Assembly (NCBI GenBank): GCA_963806185.1
Contig: CAWDXE010000007.1
Span: forward strand, 704,001 to 768,000
DNA: 64,000 nucleotides
Direction: 5' to 3'
DNA from: an uncultured candidate division Zixibacteria bacterium
GTDB lineage: Bacteria > Zixibacteria > MSB-5A5 > GN15 > FEB-12
Both the position numbers and the translations under genes were made by a program. How positions within the stretch are numbered: the first letter of the stretch is position 1; every line of letters begins with the position of its first letter. Shown here one piece after another: positions 1 to 8,550 of the stretch. Below the pieces are notes generated by a model. The model saw only the letters and a program-made list of their open reading frames with translations. It was not told where the DNA came from and did no database searches.

Positions 1-1309
1 CGACAAGGGAAGCACGGCTCGTCAACCAGACCGACGTGCCCGCTCGCATGGCCAGAAAGAATTTCTCCCGCACCGAAACGGCGGAGAGTATTGTCGTCAG
101 CACATCATCGCCGTACAAGATGACAACTTTATGCGACATGATCAGCTCGATCGGCAGTACCGAACCACTGGGCGAATCGGGTGAGTAGAACCGATACGAG
201 GCCGTCGGCGACCAGGCGTTGACCGCCCGCTGCCAGTAATTGCGCGCCAGGGTCCGATTCTCTCCGTTCACCGAATAGGCCACGTTGATGTCGATTACAA
301 TGACATCGTTTTCGAACTGCGCATCGTAGACAATCAGCGGTCGAATCGGCGGCGTAGGATCTACGAGTGTGCTGTCGTCGACATCGCGCGCGCGCGCCCA
401 GAAAATGAACCACCATTTGCCGGTCGTGTCGTTCGGAAAATCAGTGAACACGTCGTATAGCGTATCCGCACCGGCACTTGTCCATCGTTCGCCGTGGATC
501 TCGCTCGATGCTGCGATACGGTTGTACCGCCCGTCTCCGGCAAACAGGGGGTCACCTATCATCAGGCCGTCGCCTACCCAGCCGTAACTACCTGTGTTGT
601 TTGGCTGCGTGTCGATATTAATGGAGTCACAATCAATGAGCGGGCCTGAATCGGTGGGGATAGTATCGCAAACAAGGAACTTGGTACCGTTGCCGCGAGG
701 CAGCACCAGCCCGTCAAACGACGTGAACAGCGATCTCACAAAATGGGTCGTGACATACTGATACGTTGCGCTGTCATACGGGCCGTACAGGCGCCACTCG
801 CATTTCAAGGTGCTCGGATCGTAGGGGTGATCCAACCGGTCTTCTGCCGACCACTGGGCAGGTATGCCGCCGCCTCCTTGTTGTGCTCGCGGATTGATGA
901 CGTATTCGGTGAGATAGCCAGGTGCCCCGCCAAGAGTCGTGTTCGGCGGGTGATTGATTGGTCCGGGACAGCCGGGTAGCGGCTGGAAGGAAATGAACAA
1001 ATGATGCACCAGTGCGGTCAGGTCACCGATATCGACATTGCCCTGCGGGTCGCGATCGAGATTGGCCTGCTCAGGCGAGGGGAGTGCTTCAAACGTCAGG
1101 TACAAGTGATTGATGAGCACTTGCAGGTCGGCGATGTCAACTTCATTGTCGGAACTGCAATCGATGTTTCCGATGTGCTGCGCACAGCAACACCCGTCGG
1201 GCGACTGAGCACAGTTGATCTCCGAATGCAGGTTTCCAGACCACAGCAGGAACACGGCAAACACCATCGGCCAGACATTCCCGACGGCGGCAGGTTTGCG
1301 GAATTTCAT
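1..1309 (-). CDS. Exported protein with N-terminal dockerin-like module (partial, runs off the left window edge; >436 aa; absent from the ORF track)
   Basis: GAGGAG RBS precedes ATG at 1309. Hand translation gives MKFRKPAAVGNVWPMVFAVFLLWSGNLHS (signal-like), then CCCAQHIGNIDCSSDNEVDIADLQVLINHLY...ANLDRDPQGNVDIGDLTALVHHLF. The frame stays open to position 1. Confidence 0.85.
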   Translation of the reverse strand, partial: MKFRKPAAVGNVWPMVFAVFLLWSGNLHSEINCAQSPDGCCCAQHIGNIDCSSDNEVDIADLQVLINHLYLTFEALPSPEQANLDRDPQGNVDIGDLTALVHHLFISFQPLPGCPGPINHPPNTTLGGAPGYLTEYVINPRAQQGGGGIPAQWSAEDRLDHPYDPSTLKCEWRLYGPYDSATYQYVTTHFVRSLFTSFDGLVLPRGNGTKFLVCDTIPTDSGPLIDCDSINIDTQPNNTGSYGWVGDGLMIGDPLFAGDGRYNRIAASSEIHGERWTSAGADTLYDVFTDFPNDTTGKWWFIFWARARDVDDSTLVDPTPPIRPLIVYDAQFENDVIVIDINVAYSVNGENRTLARNYWQRAVNAWSPTASYRFYSPDSPSGSVLPIELIMSHKVVILYGDDVLTTILSAVSVREKFFLAMRAGTSVWLTSRASLV

Positions 1310-1433
1310 CTGGACTCCTCAATGCCGGGTTCGACACGGCACCGATTAGTATTATTTCTAAACCCGTTCTTCCCGTTGACCAGGTCCGACCGGACCTAGC
1401 GATGTGACGATTGAACCCTGGCGTGCGTGTAAT

Positions 1434-1466
1434 AAAAAATCTCGCTACCCTAAAAGATAGCGAGAT
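1434..1466 (-). terminator. Rho-independent terminator after the cytochrome operon
   Basis: ATCTCGCTA...TAGCGAGAT stem followed by a T6 tract on the minus strand, about 30 nt after the stop at 1495. Confidence 0.75.
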
Positions 1467-1494
1467 ATCCACTATAGTCAAGGGGTGTATGACG

Positions 1495-3057
1495 TCAGGA
1501 TTCGTGGCACCCCGCGCACACGTCCTTGTTAATCTGGGTCTTGCCGTGCTCGGTCACAGAATGACATGAGGCACAGGCGACTTCCAGGTCAGTGGCATGT
1601 TGCAGATGGGGGAGGGACTTGCCTTCATATGTGACCGTCTCAGGCAAGGATTTGGCATGGCAGAAGGTCAGGCAGCTGTTCTCAGGCTTGACAGCTGCAC
1701 CCACGTCGGGCATCTGATACGATGGCTTGATCGCCTTGATGGCTTTCTCAAGTCGTGCCGCCGATGAATTCATCAGATACAGCGAATACCGGATATTATG
1801 GGGCAAGTGGCTGTCGCGAATGAAGTTGAAATTTGCCTCGGCGTCGGCCAGCGCCGCCCTGGCCGTGTTGCCCCCGAGCGAAGCCACGACGGGCCGAACG
1901 GCTGACAGGTATTTCTCATAATCGGCCAGCGCCTTCCTGCTCCCTTCAAGCCAGTTGTCAAACATCAGATCATACCCTTTGCCGTGACAGGTCACGCAGG
2001 AGGTCCGCTGGGCTTCTTTCTTCTCCTGGTGTGCCAGCGGCTGTCCCTGCGGTGTCAGGTGCGTATGACAGCCGGTACAGGAAACCTGGGCGAGGAACAT
2101 TTCGCTGGGCATGTCCAGGGTGTCCTTACCGCCGATGCCCATGTAGAGCTGCTTGGGGCCGTTGTGCTGGCGCAGGTGGCAGCTCTCACACTGGATATCC
2201 AGCGACGAAACCATTTCGAAATTGCCGTGCTCCATGTCTGAATGACAGCGGAAACAATCGATGCCGTTGGTCGTCACGTGTATCGCGTGGAGTTCTTCCA
2301 GAGTGTGGTCCTGACGGGATCGCTCGACGTGACAGGAATAGCATTTTGCCTCCGGTACGGCGCCGTCTCCTTTGACAATCTTGGTGTGGCACTGCTTGCA
2401 GGCCACGTTCTGCTTGATGTATGGTGCATGGTCGAAAGTGAATCCGGCATGCTGCACCGTGGTCGTAGGCATGCCGTGACAGGCGTCACAACCGGTAATC
2501 GCTTCACCTTCTCCGGCGTCCTTGAAATGGCATATGAAACAACTCTTGTTGTTGACCGCCATCTGACCGTGCGATATCTCATCGCTGAACTGAACGATTT
2601 GGTTGTGGCACGACGTACACCTGAGTTTCTCGCCGCGCAGCGTCTTGCCGAAATGCACCGTGTGGTCAAAGGTGATGCGCGTTCCGTATTCGGCCTTGCC
2701 TTCCAGCAGCCGCTGCTCGTGACATCCGGACGCCAGACAGGCATTGTCGTCGACACTTGCCGTCGGTCGCATTGAGTAGGTGTTGGTCCAGTACTTCAGG
2801 GTCGACATCGCCAGATCGCTTACTCCGTAATTGGTATGGCAGTCGACACAACTCACCTGGGCGTGCCCTGACGCTTCCCAGTGGCGGACGTAGGGATCCA
2901 TGTAATGGCAGTTACTGCAGAAGGATGGGCTGTTCATGCGCCACGACGTGATGCCGATGGCAATGACCACCAGCAGGACAACTCCGGCGCCGGCGATGAG
3001 CAATCCCCTCCGGTGGTCCTTGAAAATCGCCAATACATCTCTAGTGAATTCGCGCAT
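1495..3057 (-). CDS. Membrane-anchored multiheme cytochrome c (NapC/NrfH-like N-terminus plus cytochrome c3/c7-like repeats; about 15 hemes)
   Basis: N-terminal TM helix, then FCSNCHYM...HAQVSCVDCH (NapC/NrfH-like). 13 CxxCH motifs plus CLASGCH and CLTFCH. Confidence 0.9.
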   Translation of the reverse strand: MREFTRDVLAIFKDHRRGLLIAGAGVVLLVVIAIGITSWRMNSPSFCSNCHYMDPYVRHWEASGHAQVSCVDCHTNYGVSDLAMSTLKYWTNTYSMRPTASVDDNACLASGCHEQRLLEGKAEYGTRITFDHTVHFGKTLRGEKLRCTSCHNQIVQFSDEISHGQMAVNNKSCFICHFKDAGEGEAITGCDACHGMPTTTVQHAGFTFDHAPYIKQNVACKQCHTKIVKGDGAVPEAKCYSCHVERSRQDHTLEELHAIHVTTNGIDCFRCHSDMEHGNFEMVSSLDIQCESCHLRQHNGPKQLYMGIGGKDTLDMPSEMFLAQVSCTGCHTHLTPQGQPLAHQEKKEAQRTSCVTCHGKGYDLMFDNWLEGSRKALADYEKYLSAVRPVVASLGGNTARAALADAEANFNFIRDSHLPHNIRYSLYLMNSSAARLEKAIKAIKPSYQMPDVGAAVKPENSCLTFCHAKSLPETVTYEGKSLPHLQHATDLEVACASCHSVTEHGKTQINKDVCAGCHES

Positions 3058-3059
3058 GA

Positions 3060-4005
3060 TTACTTCTTTGACTTTGACTGATCAGGTGACTGGTCCAACG
3101 CTTTCCGTTCGGCATCCAGAATCTCGGCATACTCGAGCGGATGGTGGTGTTTCATCTCGGCCTCCGACAACTTCCCGTGCCACCAGACCCAGCTCATCGG
3201 GAAAACATCAGGATTGAAATGCACATTGTAGAAATGCCACACGATGATGGCCAGCGTCGCCAGCAGGCCCTCATCGGAGTGGGCCTCGCGGGCGATATCG
3301 AAAATATTCTTGGGGAAGATCTCCTTGAACCAGAGGATCAGCCCGGAGCCGATCATGACCACCATGCCCCAGTAGACCGCCCAGTAGTCGAATTTCTCGA
3401 TGAAGGAGAAGCGGTGAAATTTGGGGCCGCTGGCCCTTCGACCGACGTAGTACATCACCGTCTGGAATGCATCCTTGGCGTCCTGCAGCCCGGGGATCAT
3501 CAGGAAGAAATCCCGCCGTCCCATTCGCGACAGCGCAATGTACCCGAGGTGCCAGACACCGACGATGATCAGGCCGACGGCGGCAATGCGATGGATCAGC
3601 GTTGAATTGCCCAATCCGCCCAGGAGGTGGACAATGACGAACCGTGAGATCTCGAACTCCGGGAACTTAAGCGGCATACCGGTGAAAATGAGCAGAATCA
3701 CCGACATAAACATGAGCATGTGCTGCGCCCGGAAGTTCTTGCCGAATCGTATGAACGTCCGTTCCGGCGTGACTTGCGAAATCTCACGGGCGCGCTTGGG
3801 GGAGAACCGGGTCACAACCTCGTTCAGCGCTACGTTGGCCTCGAAATTGATCCGTTGCTCAATTTCATTGCGCACTTTCCCCAAATCCTCCGGCTTGATT
3901 TTCGGATCGATCAGGGGAGAGGCAGTCGTCGAGAATGTTCTCGGTCAGCTCGTCAACGAGCTGCCGGCGACGGGTGGTGAGTTCGGTTGTCGAATCTTCT
4001 TTCAT
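3060..4005 (-). CDS. Di-heme cytochrome b subunit (FdnI/CbcL-b-domain-like); apparent +1 indel near 3914-3917
   Basis: About 4 TM helices with His ligands (QHMLM, IHRIAA, AHSDE, WHFY) and the RFSFIEKFDYWAVYWG motif. ATG at 4005 lies 3 nt after the upstream stop and joins the 3060..3884 frame if one C of a C4 run is removed. Confidence 0.85.
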
Positions 4006-4008
4006 AAC

Positions 4009-5070
4009 CTATTCGCGTTTCGCCCGGGCGGCTCTGGCGCGACGAACCAGGTCGAGGGCAATGAACACAAACAGTCCTGCCAGTGTCGCGATCGTGAGGA
4101 CGGAAAAGAACTTGGTGATGTAGTACAGAATTCCAGAATCCTTATTCTCCGGGTCGACGTGGATCGTGCCGGTGGCAAATTGCGGCGTCGCTTCCGGATG
4201 GCACCCTCCCTTGCCGCACGTCTTGACGATATTGGCCGGATTGATGGAGGACTTGGGATCCTTGGAAGGTCGAATGTCGTGATTGCCGTGACACGACGCA
4301 CAGTTGGCGACAGTCATGTTCTGCATCACGCGGGCGATTCCGTGGAACGAGTGTTCAAACGTCTTCGTCCGATCGGTTTCGATACCGTACTTCGAAACCA
4401 CCCCCACCGGCCCGTGACAATGCCCGCAGGTCACTGACACGTTGCCCGCGAATACCTGAGAGGTCGTATCGTCAGGACGGCGAATATTGTGCTCGCCGTG
4501 GCAGGAGGCACAGTCCGGTGCATCCAGATTGCCGCCTTCCAGCGCCTGTCCATGGATTGACTCCCGATACGTCGCATAAATATCGATGTGGCATTTCCCG
4601 CACGTTTTCGGTCGATTCTGCTTGAACATGGTCGACTTCGCGGATTTGGGACTCTGCACGTCGTGTGTCCCATGGCAATCCTGGCATACCGGGGCCTTGG
4701 GATTTCCTTTCAGCACTTCCATGCCGTGTACGGAGTGCTCGTACTGATCGTACAGTTCGCCTTGCGGCGCACCAACGGGGTTGCCGGAGTAGTGACACCG
4801 CTTGCAGTTGACTTCCTTGACTTCCTTGTGGGGGATCGACACTACGTCGACGTGACAATCGGTGCACTGATGCCTGGCGTGAATGGAGTTCGTGATAATT
4901 GCAGTGTCGATGAAGAGACTTACCTTTCGGCCCGATGCTTCGGTGCGGACCAGATCGTGGCGCCCGTGGCAGACCAGGCACCGCTCGACCGCCGCGGTCA
5001 GCGACGAAACAGCGGAGCAGAGTACGACCGTGGTGATGGCTGCTATCTGAAGTAGGTGCTTTGCCTTCAT
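4009..5070 (-). CDS. Nona-heme cytochrome c with signal peptide and C-terminal TM anchor
   Basis: 8 CxxCH plus CGKGGCH, repeated Y..SxHG...PxCxxCHGxH modules, hydrophobic C-terminus. Confidence 0.9.
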   Translation of the reverse strand: MKAKHLLQIAAITTVVLCSAVSSLTAAVERCLVCHGRHDLVRTEASGRKVSLFIDTAIITNSIHARHQCTDCHVDVVSIPHKEVKEVNCKRCHYSGNPVGAPQGELYDQYEHSVHGMEVLKGNPKAPVCQDCHGTHDVQSPKSAKSTMFKQNRPKTCGKCHIDIYATYRESIHGQALEGGNLDAPDCASCHGEHNIRRPDDTTSQVFAGNVSVTCGHCHGPVGVVSKYGIETDRTKTFEHSFHGIARVMQNMTVANCASCHGNHDIRPSKDPKSSINPANIVKTCGKGGCHPEATPQFATGTIHVDPENKDSGILYYITKFFSVLTIATLAGLFVFIALDLVRRARAARAKRE

Positions 5071-5080
5071 CAACGCATTC

Positions 5081-6271
5081 CTATATTCGTTTCACCCGGC
5101 GCTTGTATTCCAGCACGCGATAAATGATGAAGATCAGGATCAGGATGGAAATAAACCAGATGTAAAACTTCCGCACATACCAGGCGCCGCCGGATGACTT
5201 CTCCTTGGCGGAGACGTGGATTGCCCCTTGCGCGAAATCAGCCGGCAGCCCCTCGTGGCATTCACCGCACGTCTTCTCGATATTCGTGGGGTTGATGGTC
5301 GAGCGCGGGTCGGACTGGGCAAAGATATTGTGCACGCCGTGACAGGAGGCGCAATTGGCTACCGTCGTATCGCCGAGCGCCGTGCCGATCCCGTGGAATG
5401 ACTCCTTGAACGTCGCAATGCGATCCGCTTTCAGACCCACCTTGGCGACAATCTTCTCCGAAGCGTGACAATCGGAACAGGTCTTCGAAACATTGGCGGC
5501 GAACACTTTTGAACCGGGATCGGACTGCTTCAGGATTTCATGCTCACCATGGCAGTTGGTGCAGGTCGGTGACTCCAGCACCCCCTTGGCAAGCGAGATG
5601 CCGTGAATTGATTCGTTGTACACGGCCATTATGTCACCGTGGCACTTGCCGCACGTTTGGGCAATGTGGGTTTTGAAAATCGGACTGTTGGGGTCATCGG
5701 CCGGAAGGAACGAGTGCGAGCCGTGACAATCGACGCAGGCCGGCGCCTGCATGTTCCCCTTGACCAGCAGGGCAGTGCCGTGCACCGAATTCTCATATGA
5801 TTTGATGCGCGCTACCGACGGCATGGCGGGCGTCTTGTCGGTCAGTTGCTGATCTTCGTGACATTTAATGCAAATGCGCGCTGAATTGGCGTGGTTGGTC
5901 TTCGCCTTGGGGTCGGCAACTGCCAGGACATCGTGCCCGCCGTGACAGATTATGCAGGTCGGCAGTTTGTCAATCCCCTGGCTGCGTCCCTTCACATGAG
6001 CTGATTGATTGTATCCTTCGGCCTCCTTGAGATGACAACGCGCGCAGAACACCGCCCGGTTGCCCGCATGGCGCGTCTTGGGATCGACCGTGTGGCAATC
6101 GGCGCAGGCCAGTCCCTGATGGATAGATCCTGCTAGGACGTCGGTATCGATTATTTGCGCCTCTGTCTTGGCCTGGTGTCCCTGGCCATGACAAGTGAGA
6201 CACTCGTCATCAGCGGCCGTTGCCGTGGCCGTCAGAACGAGAGCAACGAGAATGGCGTAGATTCTGTGCAT
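5081..6271 (-). CDS. Undeca-heme cytochrome c with signal peptide and C-terminal TM anchor (paralog of the adjacent gene)
   Basis: 11 CxxCH, AxA signal peptide, C-terminal FYIWFISILILIFIIY helix. Confidence 0.9.
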   Translation of the reverse strand: MHRIYAILVALVLTATATAADDECLTCHGQGHQAKTEAQIIDTDVLAGSIHQGLACADCHTVDPKTRHAGNRAVFCARCHLKEAEGYNQSAHVKGRSQGIDKLPTCIICHGGHDVLAVADPKAKTNHANSARICIKCHEDQQLTDKTPAMPSVARIKSYENSVHGTALLVKGNMQAPACVDCHGSHSFLPADDPNSPIFKTHIAQTCGKCHGDIMAVYNESIHGISLAKGVLESPTCTNCHGEHEILKQSDPGSKVFAANVSKTCSDCHASEKIVAKVGLKADRIATFKESFHGIGTALGDTTVANCASCHGVHNIFAQSDPRSTINPTNIEKTCGECHEGLPADFAQGAIHVSAKEKSSGGAWYVRKFYIWFISILILIFIIYRVLEYKRRVKRI

Positions 6272-6289
6272 GCCGTTGGCTCCCAGCGC

Positions 6290-6344
6290 AAAAGATTTTT
6301 TTCACAAACCAGCCGGAATATATCCTGATTGTTCGCAGGGTCAA
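6290..6344 (-). promoter_or_regulatory. Sigma70-like promoter of the cytochrome operon with a downstream TTGTGAA half-site
   Basis: TTGACC-N16-TATATT on the minus strand, followed by TTGTGAAAAAAATCTTTT. Confidence 0.45.
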
Positions 6345-6416
6345 GGATAATTTGCGCGAGTGTCCATTAAAGCGATCCAAAAAGGTAAACTTTTCGATGT
6401 TGGGTGGGACTGCCGG

Positions 6417-8135
6417 TCATCGCGCCAGACTGAAATCAACCTTGTATCGCAACCCGAAGCCCACTGCCCGACCATCCTGTTGTGCAGGAAGAAAGCGATG
6501 ATGTGGCGCAGCCTCCAACGCTGCAGTGTCCAATTCCGGGTGACCGCTAGACCTATATACGCGACTCTCTGTCACCGATCCCGTCTTGTCGACATACAAT
6601 TCCAGCCACACCACACCTTCGACTTTCTCGTCTTTCAGCGCGGCTGGGTAGACTGCTTCCTGTATCTTGATTGCTTTGGGGTATTTGATTTTGGGCGTTT
6701 TGGTCTGGCCGGGAATGATCACCGACAGAGAACCGGGCTGAAAATCAACTTTCCATGACGTCCAGGCGACGACCGGCTTGCCGTTACCCGTCATGCCCGG
6801 AATGAACGTGTGTTCCTTCACAGGTGCTAGAGCGGCGCTGTCGAGGACATCAAACCCGCTTGACCGGGCAATCCGACTCTCCAGTAATTGGCCCGACTTT
6901 CCAATGACTGCGGCCACATTCACCGTGCCTTCGATTCCTGAGTCTAGTGCCGACGGGGGATAGGTAGACTTCACGAATCGAGTAATTCGAGGAAGTGTTG
7001 CCGGCGCTGGCAAATTTGCCCATTTGTCATGAGTCTCGGGTTCCGGCGTCATGTCAATCGATCCATCCGCCATGTTAGGTTTCAATTTTGGATCGTACTT
7101 GTAGGAGAATGTACCTTGAAACCACGCGGTCACCGCTCGTCCTCCTTTCTGTGCAGGAGAAAAGATACCCGCCCGCGTCTGCGCCAATGCCGAGTTATCA
7201 AGCGACGGCTCCCCGCTGGACTGAAGGACTCTTGCGGTGACAATGCGACTGGTCGAATCGACGAGTGCGGCTGTCCGCACCGTTCCGGACTGTCGCCGGA
7301 CGAAGGCTGCCTCAGGATAGATGACGCGCAATGGTACAATTGGTGTAGCGGGAGAATTCACGATCTGCTGTTCGTCCGGAAGAGGCATGCCGGCTGACCG
7401 CAAAAGGGAATCGGTCACCTCGAAAGAAATCCGGGTATACGCCAGGTATTCTTTCGATTTGTTGCCGGTCTGACGGAGCGGGAATTTTGCTTTTTTCAAC
7501 ACCTTCGTGGCTGATTCGATAAAGCCGTAGTCGATCCCGTCGGTGGACTTGTCAAGTATTCTGGCCACGCGGCCGCGCTTGTCGATCTTGAGGCGAAACG
7601 TCACCTGCCCTTCAATCAACTGCTCGAGCGCTTTTTGAGGGAAAACCGGCACAGCCATCTCCACCGGATCAAGAATTGGGCCATCGATGCCCGGCAGCGG
7701 CGGGCTCGTCTTACTGATCGTGATATTGCCATATTCTGCACGAGTCGGGGCCGAGAGATCCTTAAACACAACTGCAACATAGCCAGTGTATACGACCGGA
7801 TCAGCTCCTTCCCAGTGCGGCTGGAAGATTGCTGACTTGGCGGCGGCCAAGGCTTCGTCTTCAAACCCATATCCAGGCCGGTCGCACCAGGCGACTTCGG
7901 CCTTTTTGACCGCACCGGCTTCGCCCACGGTCAGTTTCAACCACACCGTGCCCGTAACCTGTTCGCTCTTGGCTTTGGCGGGGAAGTACGGAAAAAACCC
8001 TTGAACCGGTCGTGCAATCGAATCCGGCGCAACTTTGGAAAGCTCTGCGGGAAGCGGCGTATCGCCGCCTTGAGCTTTCGCCATGGTCGACGTCAGCATA
8101 AATAAAAATAAGGCAGCAAATAGTCTCTGAATCAT
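6417..8135 (-). CDS. Exported protein with five tandem TonB C-terminal domains
   Basis: AGGAG RBS before ATG 8135 and a signal peptide. Five repeats of (Y/F)PxxA...GxV...V...G.V....V..SSG...D.AAL...F.P. Confidence 0.85.
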   Translation of the reverse strand: MIQRLFAALFLFMLTSTMAKAQGGDTPLPAELSKVAPDSIARPVQGFFPYFPAKAKSEQVTGTVWLKLTVGEAGAVKKAEVAWCDRPGYGFEDEALAAAKSAIFQPHWEGADPVVYTGYVAVVFKDLSAPTRAEYGNITISKTSPPLPGIDGPILDPVEMAVPVFPQKALEQLIEGQVTFRLKIDKRGRVARILDKSTDGIDYGFIESATKVLKKAKFPLRQTGNKSKEYLAYTRISFEVTDSLLRSAGMPLPDEQQIVNSPATPIVPLRVIYPEAAFVRRQSGTVRTAALVDSTSRIVTARVLQSSGEPSLDNSALAQTRAGIFSPAQKGGRAVTAWFQGTFSYKYDPKLKPNMADGSIDMTPEPETHDKWANLPAPATLPRITRFVKSTYPPSALDSGIEGTVNVAAVIGKSGQLLESRIARSSGFDVLDSAALAPVKEHTFIPGMTGNGKPVVAWTSWKVDFQPGSLSVIIPGQTKTPKIKYPKAIKIQEAVYPAALKDEKVEGVVWLELYVDKTGSVTESRVYRSSGHPELDTAALEAAPHHRFLPAQQDGRAVGFGLRYKVDFSLAR

Positions 8136-8195
8136 TCGCGTACTCCTGTTATACGGGTCTGCTGCGACATGGTAACACGAGACGGAAGGCGGTGC

Positions 8196-8228
8196 AAAAG
8201 AAAAGAGCCCACCTCTCGATGGGCTCTC
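8196..8228 (-). terminator. Rho-independent terminator after the two-CW gene
   Basis: AGAGCCCA/TGGGCTCT stem followed by a T-rich tract on the minus strand. Confidence 0.7.
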
Positions 8229-8251
8229 ACAAATGATCATACTAGCTTCGA

Positions 8252-8545
8252 TTACTTCACGATCGCCGTCGCGAGGCGGCCCTGGAACTTCTCGGCCTGT
8301 TCATGATTGACTCGCCTGTAGAAATCGCACTGATGGCACGAGCCGCCCCGGCAGGAAATGGGAAGGCGCCCGCCGATGTCTTTCGCCGCCACCATCCAGC
8401 AGACGCGCCCGCCCGCCTTGCCCTCGTTCATCCCGTCATGCTTCATCGACGTTGCCACCGGGCACTCGCCCAGTGTGTCGGCCAGAAGCCCGCCCTTCTC
8501 CCGGCCGCAGTTCTTAAATTCCCAGCAATTCAGTTTGTCATGCAT
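8252..8545 (-). CDS. Small Cys-rich two-CW domain protein
   Basis: NCWEFKNCGRE...GECP...GRVCW...CHQCDFY pattern. Confidence 0.75.
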   Translation of the reverse strand: MHDKLNCWEFKNCGREKGGLLADTLGECPVATSMKHDGMNEGKAGGRVCWMVAAKDIGGRLPISCRGGSCHQCDFYRRVNHEQAEKFQGRLATAIVK

Positions 8546-8550
8546 GCGGC

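Noticed and set aside
1495..8135. MtrAB-type porin-cytochrome conduit
   Set aside because: No beta-barrel gene is adjacent and all cytochromes have inner-membrane-type TM anchors.
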